NCBI GenBank assembly: GCA_000320545.1
Contig: ADNK01002759.1
Span: 1 to 32,446, forward strand
Direction of reading: 5' to 3'
Origin: Bigelowiella natans CCMP2755
Lineage: Eukaryota > Protista > Cercozoa
DNA: 32,446 nucleotides
Position numbers and translations under genes: made by a program. Position 1 is the first letter of the stretch. The number at the start of each line of letters is the position of its first letter. This document shows positions 1-12,124 of the stretch, piece by piece. Under the pieces are notes generated by a model. That model saw only the letters and a list, made by a program, of their open reading frames with translations, was not told the origin of the DNA and did no database searches.

Positions 1-709
1 CCCCCCCCCCCCCCCCCCCTAATATACCCCCCCCTCCCTGCCCTAAGCTGTATCATCGTATCACTCTCCCTAATTATCATGTAATATTATATATTTAATG
101 CAACTCGCTCCGCCGCATGAAGAATCTTAATATGTACCACAGCTGAAATACAACAATTGCACAATAACGTAGGCGATATGTACGGATAGCTATGCGAGCT
201 AGCTAGATTATTCTATGTGTGTATATTGCGCAAGTCGCACTACTAAATGCTGGTGTGAGTGAGGACACAAGTATTTCCATGCATAAATTGCTTGCACGCA
301 AAGTAGGCACTGCTTTAACTTATGCCTTGGCGTAAACAGTGCACACCTGCAGCGCGTCCGGCAGTTGATTGTGCTTGCTACATGCGGTGGAGATGAACAT
401 CATTGTGCCATCGCACGAACAACACTAGAACACTATGTATCCCAGCAAAATGACAAACGAGAGAATGTGTAGCATGTATTTCTCTTTCTATCACAAAATC
501 AGAATCCAGCACATGTACGTACACTGTGATAAATTTCGTTGAGCAAGTAACGTCCGCACGTTCACAACATGCACGAACTAATATCATTTTCATCCCACTC
601 GCTGGATTTCTAATGGCGGTAAACCAGCTCTTGCCATGCAAAATCAATTTTTACCAACACTTCTATACAGTTGTCCCACAAAAGTTCCAGCAGCAGCTGT
701 GGAATATCA

Positions 710-2160
710 TCATTTACCACTTTTCTTTTGCTGCCCTACTACGGATATAAATTTTTGCACGAGTTTTCTGTGCACAGGTAGAATAAGCAACAAGCCAAAA
801 CATTAAAGCTGGCTAGTAGTGCGGAACTCATCTTATTTGCATCTCACGGTACCTTTTTTTCACAAGAGTCTCCCTCAGGCTTCTACGGAGTTTCAGCTGC
901 TCTTCTCGACTAACATCAATACCTCGAAGCACCTTAAAGAGAATAATAGGCTTTTTGACGGACGATATACTACGAAGTTGTGGTTCATTAGCTAATTACC
1001 TTAACCATCTTGCGGCATGTAGCAAGTTTGGTTATGAGTTCATCCAACGATCTTCGCTGTCCACCTTCCTAAAAAATTACGAAAGAATGACTGAGCAACT
1101 ATGTAACAACTATACACAACAGCGATTTCACAATTTGATCTCACGCTTTCGAAAGGTTGAGTTGTATCTATGCACAGCAGGACCCTATGCTATAGTTTGT
1201 GATATAGCAGCATCAAAGTGCGAGTTTGTGGTAGTATTTTAGCAGCGTGATTATTGACATGAGTGCGTATCTATGCACTGTACTGCTAAATACAATGCGT
1301 ATTCCTACTTGTTTTCCTTCCTCTTCATCATCTATTTCGTTTTCGTCATCTCCTTCTTCGTTGCGGCGTCGGGAATGTACATCAGGTAACATCTGCATCA
1401 ACGGTTGTGGCAAAATAATAACCCTCAAAGACGCATCAGAAATTAATAAGCAATAATTCTATTTCGAGATCGGTAGCGTCATCTTCCATATGCTTACTTC
1501 TTTTACCCCGTCATTAACACATATGCTCATTATAATGCTTGTAATTATAATAAAAACATCTCTTTCGTTTACTACCTTGACAATCTCGTTAAGAACTTCG
1601 AGAACTCGCGGTAACAAACTAAACGATGTTTACAAGTCATGGATGAATGCAGCAGCAGAGCAAGAGTATAATAGCAGAGCACACGCTCAGAAGGTAGTTG
1701 TTTTAAAATGTTTTTTGCGCTTTAATACAATATTCTACCGGATCATAAACCTTCCATTACGGAGGAAATGGAATCTTGTACCTGAAAGTCTCTATGAGAT
1801 GATCTTCAATGATTTTCTCGATTCTCCTCTCGTGCTCTTTCATGTTCACAAATTTTCCCTCCTTTCTGTAGTTCGCTTGCAATCGAGCAGAGACTTCCTT
1901 CAGTGTCAAAGAGCTGAAAGTCTCCTTCTCTAAAATCCGCTTCAATCGCTGCTCCACCTGAACGTGTGGTGTTGTGTCAGTGAGCACAGTCAAAAAGGGT
2001 GAATGATGTGCCAACACAGAACCTCATCCCAGGGCACTTTCATCATCCGTGTGGTTTCTTGAACTGCCGCGGGCCCAGCAGCAGCAGCAGCAGCAGCAGC
2101 GGCAGAAGACACTGCACCTGCACCTACACCTCCTGAGGAAGGAGGAGCTCCTTGCGGCAT
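710..2160 (-). CDS. MED9: Mediator subunit Med9-like protein with N-terminal Ala/Gly-rich tract and DEK-C-like domain (about 8 exons)
   Basis: Manual GT-AG splicing gives an open frame from ATG 2160: MPQGAPP...VPWDE|VEQRLKRILEKETFSSLTLKEVSARLQANY...IETFS|LLPRVLEVLNEIVK|MLPD...EEGKQ|HRVLLCIDTTQPFES|EGGQRRSLDELITKLATCRKMVK|VLRGIDVSREEQLKLRRSLRETLVKKR|KLVQKFISVVGQQKKSGK*, TGA at 712-710. The C-terminal part matches the Med9 pattern (FLP..H.II; K....R..I..MPGI..S.EQQ..L..LR.....K..LLQK). Start codon uncertain. Confidence 0.62.
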
Positions 2161-3039
2161 TGTGAGTGCTTCTTCTTCCGACTTCTTGCTTGGAGGACTC
2201 GCAATGTCGTCGTTTGGAATTATTTTTGCTCGGAAAACATCCTGAAATGTTCGGAACAAAATTGCTATCCGTCCAAGTGCAAATGAACAGACCAAGCACG
2301 CGACTTGATGTTTCGAACATTTTCGATCAGGGACAAACCTGCACAGGGATGCCACATCGCAAAGCCAAAGACAAAGCAAGAAGTGAGTCTCACCGAAGCG
2401 CGCAGTGAGCGGGGTGCGGCTGAACTCGTTCCAACCGGAGGTTTCACACCGTTTCTGACTGCGACTCTGAACCAACTTCCGAGGCATCATCCTGCTCTCA
2501 ATTTACTCCAAGATCCTCATGTCACTTCTCACCCACAGGGTGCAGACTGTGAACGCTACTTGGACGATTGGTGCGACAGACGAGGAGTTGCTTTGCACCG
2601 CTCAGCTGCGCCATTGACGTTTCTAGCTTTCCAGCTTTGCTTCATTGGCACTGTTCTCGTGAAATGCACACGCAGCACGGGTTGCTGGACAATGGAATGC
2701 TTCAGGTGGCTCTCTAGCTGCTCAGCATGTCTGTCTCAAATCTTCAGTCCAGTGAACTTCAGTTTGTCACGCATGCGCACATCGCCCAATGATCAAGACT
2801 GCATTGTCCACAAGAGCTACCTCATTGGTGAACATGCCAACAGCCATCTAGCCATCATCGGAGGATTGCTAGCTAGGTTGTGACTGTGCATGCTAGCATG
2901 TCTGCTCAGTGCTGAACAAAAATGTTGCGTGCATCGCATGCTTTGCTCCACAAGAACCCATGAATGACACATTGTGCTCCAATCAACGCAACGCAGTGCG
3001 CGGCATCAAATGCAATCACATAAGTGTCCATGCAATGCA

Positions 3040-3142
3040 CATGCGTGATGTAGATCTTTGAAATGCATGGAGCACATGGCACCAACAACCACAACAAACA
3101 GACTAGCAGATGTGACACAAGCGCTGTAGCTGCTTCTTTGCA
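3040..3142 (-). repeat. Dispersed intergenic repeat, copy A (inverted relative to 18290-18390)
   Basis: Reverse complement of 3113-3142 (TGCAAAGAAGCAGCTACAGCGCTTGTGTCA) matches 18290-18319 at 29/30; weaker similarity continues for about 70 bp. Confidence 0.75.
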
Positions 3143-3598
3143 TGGCAAGATAGTCACATTAGCATGGCTATTGAAATCATTTAATCACTTCATTACGTTT
3201 GTTTCACATAGCAACATTACTGTGTCGGTAGAATTTCACCACGAATAATTTAAATACAATAGATGCAAGTGATTAATGTGTACATGTGAATGTACCAAAG
3301 TGAATGCAAATTTAGTAACGTATTTTACCCTAATGTATTCGCTGCGACGAGTTTTGACCAGCGTCGTCGCAGCCGTATGTGATGTGCATTTGCATGTGTG
3401 TATCATAGACACGTATATCCAATATATATCATAATTATGCTATGTCTATTATAAATACTTCCTCCAAATTACATTTATTTTTTATTCTATATATTGTATA
3501 CTATATCTATTATATGTGCGATGAATCGGCCGGTGTCATAGACCGCGCCATCTGGAATATTCACGTTTAATTGACGTCCTATCGTTGTGTTCATGTTG

Positions 3599-4712
3599 CT
3601 ACCAAATACCAGGGGAGGATCCTTCTTCTGAAAGTTCATCATCCGAATTGCCCACATTATCCAGATGCTTGAATGCAGCTGCTGGTACCACTCCTACCGT
3701 GTATGTTGAGCTGTCATCAGGTGTTACCTGCAGGTAATGTAGACCATGATCAAATTTGCATTTGGTGTCCTGCTCCAACATTTCCTCCACGTCAAGTCCC
3801 CAAGGATTTTTTTTGTAGAACTTATATAATGCCCGTTTGTTGGCATCACTTTTGGATGAAAATGAGGAATCGAAATACTTCGTGGGCGGGCCATCATATG
3901 AATGCCAACCATTATTACCATACCCATCCAAGAACCATACAACGAATTCTAAAGGTTTTGTTTTGTCTCGATTGGGTGCTTTTGGGGGATTTTTAATCAT
4001 ATTGGAATACTCTCGTATTTCTTTTGATATTTTCTTTTTCTCCTGATCAAAGAAAAGGCGGTTAATTTCTTATTTTTTATAGGTGGAAAGACGAGGCGAG
4101 CTTACATCTTCAATCCTGCGGATTTTTTTGCGACGTTTTTCCATTCGATTTTGCATCTCCTGTTTCGCAGCAATTTCTTGTCTCCTCTTTCTGTCTCTGA
4201 TTTCAGTTTCTTTTGCCCTTTTCTCCGCAGGTTTGAGTTTTGAAAATAAACACAAGCCTTACAGATGTCGAAATCACAGGCCTCGCAAGAAAACGATATT
4301 TCCTCTCTCGGTGAGCACATAATGCTTTTTACATTGCAATGGGAACGAAATAGCCTTGGGACACCCATAAATTTCAATGCCTCCGCTCTCGCTAATAGAC
4401 ACTTATGGATGTTTGGGAGATTTACAGAGTGTAGAGACCTTTAAGGTTATTTGCATATCTCAGGTAATCAAGCAATCAAATTATTGCACTAAAACCATAA
4501 AGTAATACCAATACCAGTACGTCGTTTTAAATTAAGATCGCTTGCCAACTTACACACCTTTGATCCTGAATCTCTATTTGTCGCTGTTGAACTTCCTTAC
4601 GTCTACATTCCTCCCGATACCGTTCTCCTTCCTGTCTCTTAATTTCTGCTTTTTGTTTCTCTCGTATTATTTTTTCCTTTTGAGCTCTCTTTACAGGATC
4701 TTCATCCTCCAT
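3599..4712 (-). CDS. Hypothetical protein: charged coiled coil, Cys/His cluster (HKC..L...CEACDFDICKAC), coiled coil, and an aromatic C-terminal domain (GWHSYDGPP...KNPWGL); one apparent 1-bp frameshift
   Basis: ORF pieces 4527-4712, 4102-4377, 4070-4255 and 3599-4000 join via GT-AG introns (QDQR|SLHSV..., RIED|EKKKISK...). The frame switches at the A4 run at 4243-4246 (CKACVYF then SKLKPAEKR). Confidence 0.6.
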
Positions 4713-5056
4713 GATTTTTTGATTTTTTGGAGAGTTTTATACGCTATTGTACCGCTCAGCAGCTGCATAGATAAAATTAGGAGATTTCCAATCCAATTTT
4801 CATGGATTTGCTTGCGCCTGTTTATTAGTCAGGAAAAACACAAAAAGGTTAATTCACACTGAATTGCTGTAAACAAGCACATGAAGTCGCTCCTGTCAAT
4901 TGCAGGTGAAAAGGGATGCTTCAGTGAGAAGCAAGTTCTTCGAAAAAATGTATGAGAAAATGATTGTCGCAGTGTAAAATCGCCTTGCTTTTTCCTCTTC
5001 AAGCAGCACCATCTTGTTGATGCAGGACAATGCTCGAGGAGAGTGCAGAAAACACG

Positions 5057-7628
5057 ATGGCCAATGTGATGACATTCAAAGAAGCGCACGACCGTGTTCA
5101 CAGCCTGTGGAGGTCACTGAAATGTGAAATGGGTGAGGAGCCTATTCGTGAACAAAGGCGAGATCAAGCTTATGTGAAATGTGCACGTGAGATCCTCAAG
5201 GTGTCAACTGTAGCCCATTCAATTGTGTACGGAACCGCACAATGTTTTGGTTGCGCATGATGAACAGGTTAGGAGACTAGGCGGAATTTACGACTTGTGT
5301 CAGCAGAGCGTGGCGGTTCAAAAGGAACACATACTCACCAAATTCGTGAGCGAGCGACGGGTATTTTGAATGAAGGTAGATAAGGCACGCCTAGAGAGTA
5401 CTTAGAATATGTGCTTTGGTCATTCGCAGGCTTTAAAGGCGATGGCATTCAAAAATACAATCGAGGCGAAGATGGGAAAAGGATGTTACATTCAAAAACC
5501 TCATCTCATGTGGAAAACTGGCAAACGTGCCAAAGAGGCCGATTGGGTGTGAAAGTTATACTTATTCCTTATACTAGCATCAAATTGTAATGCACATATT
5601 TTAAGCTTGAAGACTACACGCGAATTTCTCTGGATAGAGGTCTTCAGCACAAGAAAGGGCCTGTGGGTGGACGAAAAGAGTTCAAATCTTCCGATATTCC
5701 CTCCATGAAGGTTTCATTGAAGGCCGTTGCTAAAAAGGTTGTTGATGCCTGCGCTGCCGAGCCAGTATCTCGGGAAAAAATTTCCAGACTTATTCATGTC
5801 GCAATATTCACGAAGTGCCAGACGACTGATTCAAAAGTATCCTTTGTAGTGATGTATTATGTTGGATATCATTAAATAACAGGTATTTTTATGAACCATA
5901 AAAATTGAACTTTATACTATTAGATAACTTGGGAAAGGATGCGGATGCTGTTCAGATGGGTTATGTATTTTGAATGCCGTCATTTTATAAGTGCAAGAGC
6001 CTGGCTCCGGTCACAATCCAATGGAGCTACATCTCGACTTCTACAGATTATTCTACACAGAATTACAGGCATTATAGTTGCAGATTCTGTTTTTGCTGTA
6101 AATTTATTATTTTTCGTTAGGAGATTTTCTATCAAAAAATCTTCATCACGACCTGAACTGGATATTAGAACCTCAGGTTATCGGCTATCACGATGTGTTG
6201 AACTTGAATATTCTACGATTAATTCATTCTACGCCAGATTGAAGATCCTGATGATGAGGGTTATGGTAAGATACTGGCAGCAATATCGAAATTGGAAGCA
6301 TACGATGAAGAGAAACAAAGGGAAGAAGAAAATGGATATTCCTATGCCAGTCAAGAAAATTCAATGTTGGAGAAATTTGAATCAGAAGACCTCTCAGTTC
6401 AGAATTCTGTTCAGAATACTAAAAGAAAAAATCGTTACAAGGACTCATCTGAGACATAAAATTGCTACTAAATATATTTTCAAGGAGACAGCTGGAAGGA
6501 GTTCTACAAAACTTAAATATTCAAATGCACCTCGTTCGACAAAGAGTGATGGGTATTCTTTAATAACTTGGTGCCTAAGTGCACATTTGTACGTAATAAA
6601 AGCATTAATGTAATTACAAATTTTAGCTCGTCAACAATAACATTGATCCTGGAGAATGAAACTGCAATTCGACGTCGGATTACTTCTACTTCTGCCGTAC
6701 TGAACGCTGGAATGAATAATGAAATGAAGGGATCTGAATCAAAGAAAATTGAGTCCAACAGGATTCGTCATTGGAAATCGCGATATGGTAGTAAATACCA
6801 TGATGGAACGTAAGTGGATCTTTTGAATCATAATTATTTATCTTGAACATGGTTTTGTGTAGCCGTACCGAGGTTGCTGCATCTATGATGGACCCTGCAA
6901 AGTGTCCCTTCTACATTGGACAGCCCGTTGAATATTTCTCCCTTCTCATGGATAAATACGTGAGGGATATCATCGTCGATCTTCATATGGATCAAGGCGT
7001 TGCTGATCTTGCGCAGAGGAAGGATGTTAGTTTAACCCTTCTACGATCGATAAAGGCATCTAGGCGAATATCGAAGAGTGAGGCCAGTAGCACCATGCCT
7101 AAACCCGGGCAAGAGGTTATTGGACAGCGATCAGGATGGAAAAGTGCTATAATTACCAATAAAAAAAATCATATTATTGCGAGATCGATTCTCCAGGGAC
7201 CAAAACTAATAACAAGACTGGAAATTTTTCTCAACAAGCTTCTCGGCTTTGCGGGTGGAAGCCAAAACGAGCCGAATTGGCCGCTAGAAATCTTTCAATT
7301 ATTAGGAGATGCACTTTCAGTGACTGCCATTCTCTGGAAAATTGGGGAGGAAAGCAAGAACGTGGAAGGCGAAGAGGACTTTAAAAGGAAGCGAAAGGTA
7401 CTATATTTTTGAGTAACTAAGATTATGAGAACATGAGAACAGTTTGATGTCTCTACAGATTCAGAGCTTTGAGGAAGACGGAATTATTTTCAGGCTACTG
7501 TATGATACTTTCGTCTTCACATTATTGGCAAGTCCTACACTCTGCGGAATTCTCAGGTTTAAATGATCATATAAAAATCTGTCTCTGAATAAGATAGTTA
7601 TGCTATTTATGTAATTTAGAATATGTAA

Positions 7629-7663
<35 letters not shown>

Positions 7664-10600
7664 TGTGTGTGTGACCGCGTCTTGTTTCAGGCGACCATTC
7701 ATAAGTCAGAATGATGTGCAACGTTTATGCTTAATCATTCGAGCTTTACAATACCTGCTGAAACCACGAGGAATATTAGATAGCGACAGTAATACGAATA
7801 AAACCTATCTGCTGAAGAAAAGATATGTAGGAAGGAAGGCAGTCTCTATGATGAGCCTTTCATCTGCCAATAAAGTTAGCATTCATAGTAGAAATAAGAC
7901 TTCCTATAGCAAAAATGCCGGGCTACGAGTGCTTCCCCCTCTTGCCCGGGACATTGCTTCACTTTCATCGAAGCGAAAGCTCAACATTCATAAGCATTAC
8001 AAAAAGTTAAAAATAATGGCACAATACGCATGCCCATCTTCAAAAGAGGGATCCCCAGAATGGAGATATGTCTTTGAAAACGATGAGCCAGAGATATCTG
8101 GAAAAGAGACAACTGACGAGGATGAATATAGATTGCGAAGACTGAATATGACCCTGACCAACAAGAGAATATCTGCCATTGGTCCCGAGATTTTCATTTG
8201 CACTTCCGAATCGTAAGTATTAGCCTCGACTGATTGTGTCTTTGTACCTAATATGTATTTGATCTGTAGAGTGTTATGTGTCGTGGATATGTGATCTATT
8301 CTAGTTGTAAAGAGTACATTCAGTCAATGTGATTACAGACCCGATGCAAGTATGATCGCAAAGCAAGCGCGGTTGAAGCGCCTTGATATCCACAGAGACA
8401 GCATACAAGCAGCCTGCAGAAAGTGCAACGACATCATCGATGACATTACCATTCTGAAGATAGGTCATACGTGAGCCTCGTTATTATCTCTTCGTACTTG
8501 ACTCCTTACCTCTGTTTCCAGATCAGAGACATTCTATCTTCTTGAAAGCAGGGTTATTTGCGAAACGGGTATTAGTACAATTGGGGAGGTCTGCATTAGA
8601 AATTAAGGAAACCAAAATTGGAATGGAAAGTTCGATTAATAGTGATAATGCTGAAGAAATAGAAAGAGATGAATCAATTTCAACGGCCGAATCAATAACA
8701 GCGATGGTTTTTGATGAGAATAATGCAATTACATATCTACCACATGCTGCCCAAAGTTTTGGTCTGAGGCTTGGCTGGAGGCTTTTAACTGTTCACCATC
8801 TCCCTGTACCAAAACAAAAGGGTAGCTACAAGTTAATTGAAATTCTAAGCCAGCTCGATCCAGGTCGATACAAAGAGCCGTTGCCAGACATTGCGAATCC
8901 TCTTGATTTTAAGAAAGATATAACACATTCTTCAATATTTAAAATAATCCCTTTAACGTTTCGAGCAAAGAGATTCAGGCGGCTAGGGGATCCCTCAAGT
9001 AAATGCGCCCTTTTCCCCTTCTTTGCTCGTCACCTCTTTTTCATGCCTCCTCCGCCTATCTTTCTATTTTTCTTTCCCACTTGTATCTTCCTTTCCTCTT
9101 CATCTTAATTGGACCAAATAATGATGCTGAATTGATATTCCTGCTTGAAAATGTATTGTTTAGGCACTCATGAACGTAACCAAATGATGGAAGTATGGGA
9201 TCTGAATATTGACCAAGTTTCAATAAGGCAGGCCATTCGATTCCAAGTTTATAAACGATTCCCTACATTCCAACAGGTTCTTGGCCAATATCCGTGTGAA
9301 CAATAAAATTTTATCTTTCAGTGTACCATAAGTTATCTCAATTACAAATTATGTACTTCTTCTAGAAACTTTATTCAAGATTGAAAACTGTGGAAAAGCG
9401 ACTCACACAACTAAACAAGTCCAGTCCGAGTGGAAATCGTCTGTCGACAGAGAAAAAGAGTAGGCCTGCAATAAAAGATGCACAGCTTGCTTTCACCAGT
9501 ATATTATCTAAAGACAATAAACGCCCTGGCTTCGATGCGCTCAACTTGGAAAATTCTACTGTAATTCTTGCACACAAGCGGCTTGAGAAGGCTGCTGCAT
9601 TGCTTACAAAACTGATTGTGGAGGTTTGTCCAAGGAAACAATGCTAATCTCTTAGTGTTAGAAACTGACAATCATAATTTATTCTGTTAGAAATGCAGTG
9701 TGTAATGTATATCAGGTCAAACCTTCTTGCTATCCAAATTCTGCACTAAACATTGCTGAATTCCACGAACGACAGCAACAAACTACTATCCTGGAAACAA
9801 GCCAAAAATCATCGGTATAGACTCTAGAAATTCGAATCGTTCTTTCATGAAATGTATCTTGAAGTTGTCAGTAGTACTGGCTGACCTATCGAGGATGATC
9901 CAAAACTCCAGAACTTCCCAGTCATTCAGATCTTACAAACAAGGAAGTAACAAGGTGAGGGAGCATATCTTTTGTTGTACAATATTTTCATGCTCATCCA
10001 GTTCCTTGAAGATTTACTCGGGATTACAGAGTAGAAGTGCCTCAAATCTACGTGAGCATCATCTTCGAAGGCAATTCTCTCATTCTATGGCATTGCATGA
10101 GTTCAAGAGGTCCTAACTCACTCTCTGTAGCTTATGGCTATCAATTTGTATCGGAGGAATTTGACTCAAAATTCTGGTTTAGGCATTACGAATGGCTAAG
10201 ATCTCAGCGCGAAATTGAGCACTTACAGTGCTACACGGATGCAAGAATGTATTCAGAGTTCATATTCTTCTCGTAGCTCGGAATAATAATTATTACGTCC
10301 TTTTTCATCTATATCAGGACTAACACATGGCTTGATGAGATGCTCTTATCAATTTTGCGAGATATTGGCTCGGAACTTGCCGCAGATTTGGACATGTATA
10401 AAAGTGTTGAGCGTAGAGCTTCAGGCTACATATCTTCAGAACTACCAAAGCAACTTTATGACCTCACGGTTGATGTATTTTGATATTGATGGTTATGAAA
10501 GTAAGATCATCTCTTGGTAATCTAGATAGAATCATGGATGATGCAGGAGCAACACACTAAAGCCGCCGTAGCAACATTTTCCGAAAAGCTCAAAGTTAGG

Positions 10601-12124
10601 TACATTGTAGTCAACTTTTGCTGTCTTTCGATGACTTTATCTTGATGTCTTGGAAGGTTTGAGTGCCAGCTTTCCAGCCCATTCGACAAAAAGAAGATTC
10701 ATAGTCCCACAAACTCTGCATCAACTCCTGGTAATTCAACAGAAGCTGATAAACGGTAAATAGTTTTAATAACAACATAGTGAGTTATTCAAATTTTCCA
10801 CTTGTCAAAGGTTGTTGTTCAAGGCTGATTCAATTCGTAATTTCGAATCCGAGTATCTAAAGCACATTCATTTATTTTCGGATCATCCTCAACTTGCATC
10901 TAAAGTCTTAAACGCCTTCCTGAAAGAGTGTTATAAGATTCTCTTGCAAGATCAGGTGATATCATATGAGAATACCATTAAATTTGCAATAAATGATAAG
11001 ATCTATCAGGATTCTCCAACCTGGGGTATGGAGACCGCCGCTAAGTCTGCAGTATTATATGTCGGGGAGTACTTATTTGCTAGGCTCTATCACACCATGC
11101 TACCTGTGGGGAAACTCCGGTTTGACGACAGCATGATGCAGTTTAAAAGGGTATTATGTGAAGTGGAGTCCAGTAATAATGGATCTAGAGTAAAGGCCAC
11201 ATGTTTCTTTTCATCTAGGAGAGTCTTAAATCCATCAAGCCAAATGACCTCGGCTTGTTTAATGTACCTGGAGTTGAAGAATGCCCTGGTCTTTGGTCAC
11301 AACTTTTCAAATATATAAGTTACCTTGATAGGTGCTATTCTCCACTGTCTAAGGTGAGCCAATGTGATTTTGGCGTTTACATTGAGTCACTTATTGGTTT
11401 CTGTTGAGTAGGTGGAATGCATGAACCGATGCATTAAAAATTGTGTAGAAACTCTGCAGCTCGTGGATCCAAAGCAAACATTCGACGCTGACACATGCCT
11501 TTCTGTTTTGGTTTACCTGATTCTCCATGCTCCATCAAAAACGCTTATGGCACATATTAAATTTGTGGAATGGTTTTCTGGGAATCATGGAACTCCTACA
11601 GATGTTATCTCGGATGAGTTAGGGTTGATGAAATTTAATATTTCTTTACCTTTAAAAAATCATCCCATGAAATCACTAATTTTATATGGTGTAGGTATAG
11701 CTACACCCAGTGGGTCATTGCAATACAGTATGTAAATGGGAGCGAAATACAAACGCTTCAAAGAGAGCGGAAGGATAGTAAGAGACCATCTTTTATCGCA
11801 GCACGAAAATCGGTCAGCGTAAATTCATTCAAAGATAGTAGGTCCGGAGACAGGGACATAACTATAGATGCGAACCCAAATGCAACACAAGTTGGCACAC
11901 CAGATATGGAAACTAAAGAAAATCCCCTATTGGTTCACAAAGGGTCAGAATCATCTGACCAAAATGCGACTTGTAATTCGAATCAAGCTGAAAACGAGGC
12001 ATTCGATACTAATGATAGTGCTCCTTTAACTTTTTCATCATGGACGAATATAGCTCCGATGTTGGGGCCTCCACAAAGTTTGAAAGATTTTACTGACGAT
12101 GAAACCGAAACAACAGTTGACTGA
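5057..12124 (+). CDS. Large multi-exon VPS9-domain protein (putative Rab5-family GEF); 5' part (5057-6810) may be a separate gene
   Basis: Exons 10812-11740 encode YLFARLY...SPLSK|VECMNRCIKNCVETL...DADTCLSVLVYLILHAPSKTLMAHIKFVEWF...ELG|YSYTQWVIAIQYV, the VPS9 signature, and continue in frame to TGA at 12124. Upstream exons from about 6860 to 9620 splice in frame. Junctions near 5930-6480 and 9620-10300 were not fully resolved. Confidence 0.65.
7630..7673. repeat. (TG)n microsatellite in a VPS9-gene intron
   Basis: Direct reading. Confidence 0.9.
10812..11740 (+). other. VPS9 domain (with preceding helical bundle) coding segment
   Basis: Motifs P.xK..C, ADxxLxxLVYLIL.A, L..HIKFV..F and GYSYT correspond to Rabex-5 D313, Y354 and T357; the P317 position is Ser. 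Confidence 0.8.

Noticed and set aside
1-75. Poly-C start with three CCCTAA hexamers, possible telomere
   Set aside because: Hexamers are not tandem and sit in homopolymer/low-complexity sequence; no true array.
2305-2883. 192-aa + strand ORF, and similar Cys/His-rich ORFs at 2906-3157, 12090-12567, 17979-18698 and 27460-28611
   Set aside because: They lie in TpA-depleted patches where TAA/TAG stops are scarce; no recognisable motifs, so likely spurious.
5939-6613. 224-aa ORF as a single exon
   Set aside because: It spans intron-like sequence, and an alternative frame (EPQ|IEDPDDEGYGKILAAISKLEAY) splices cleanly; true frame unresolved.
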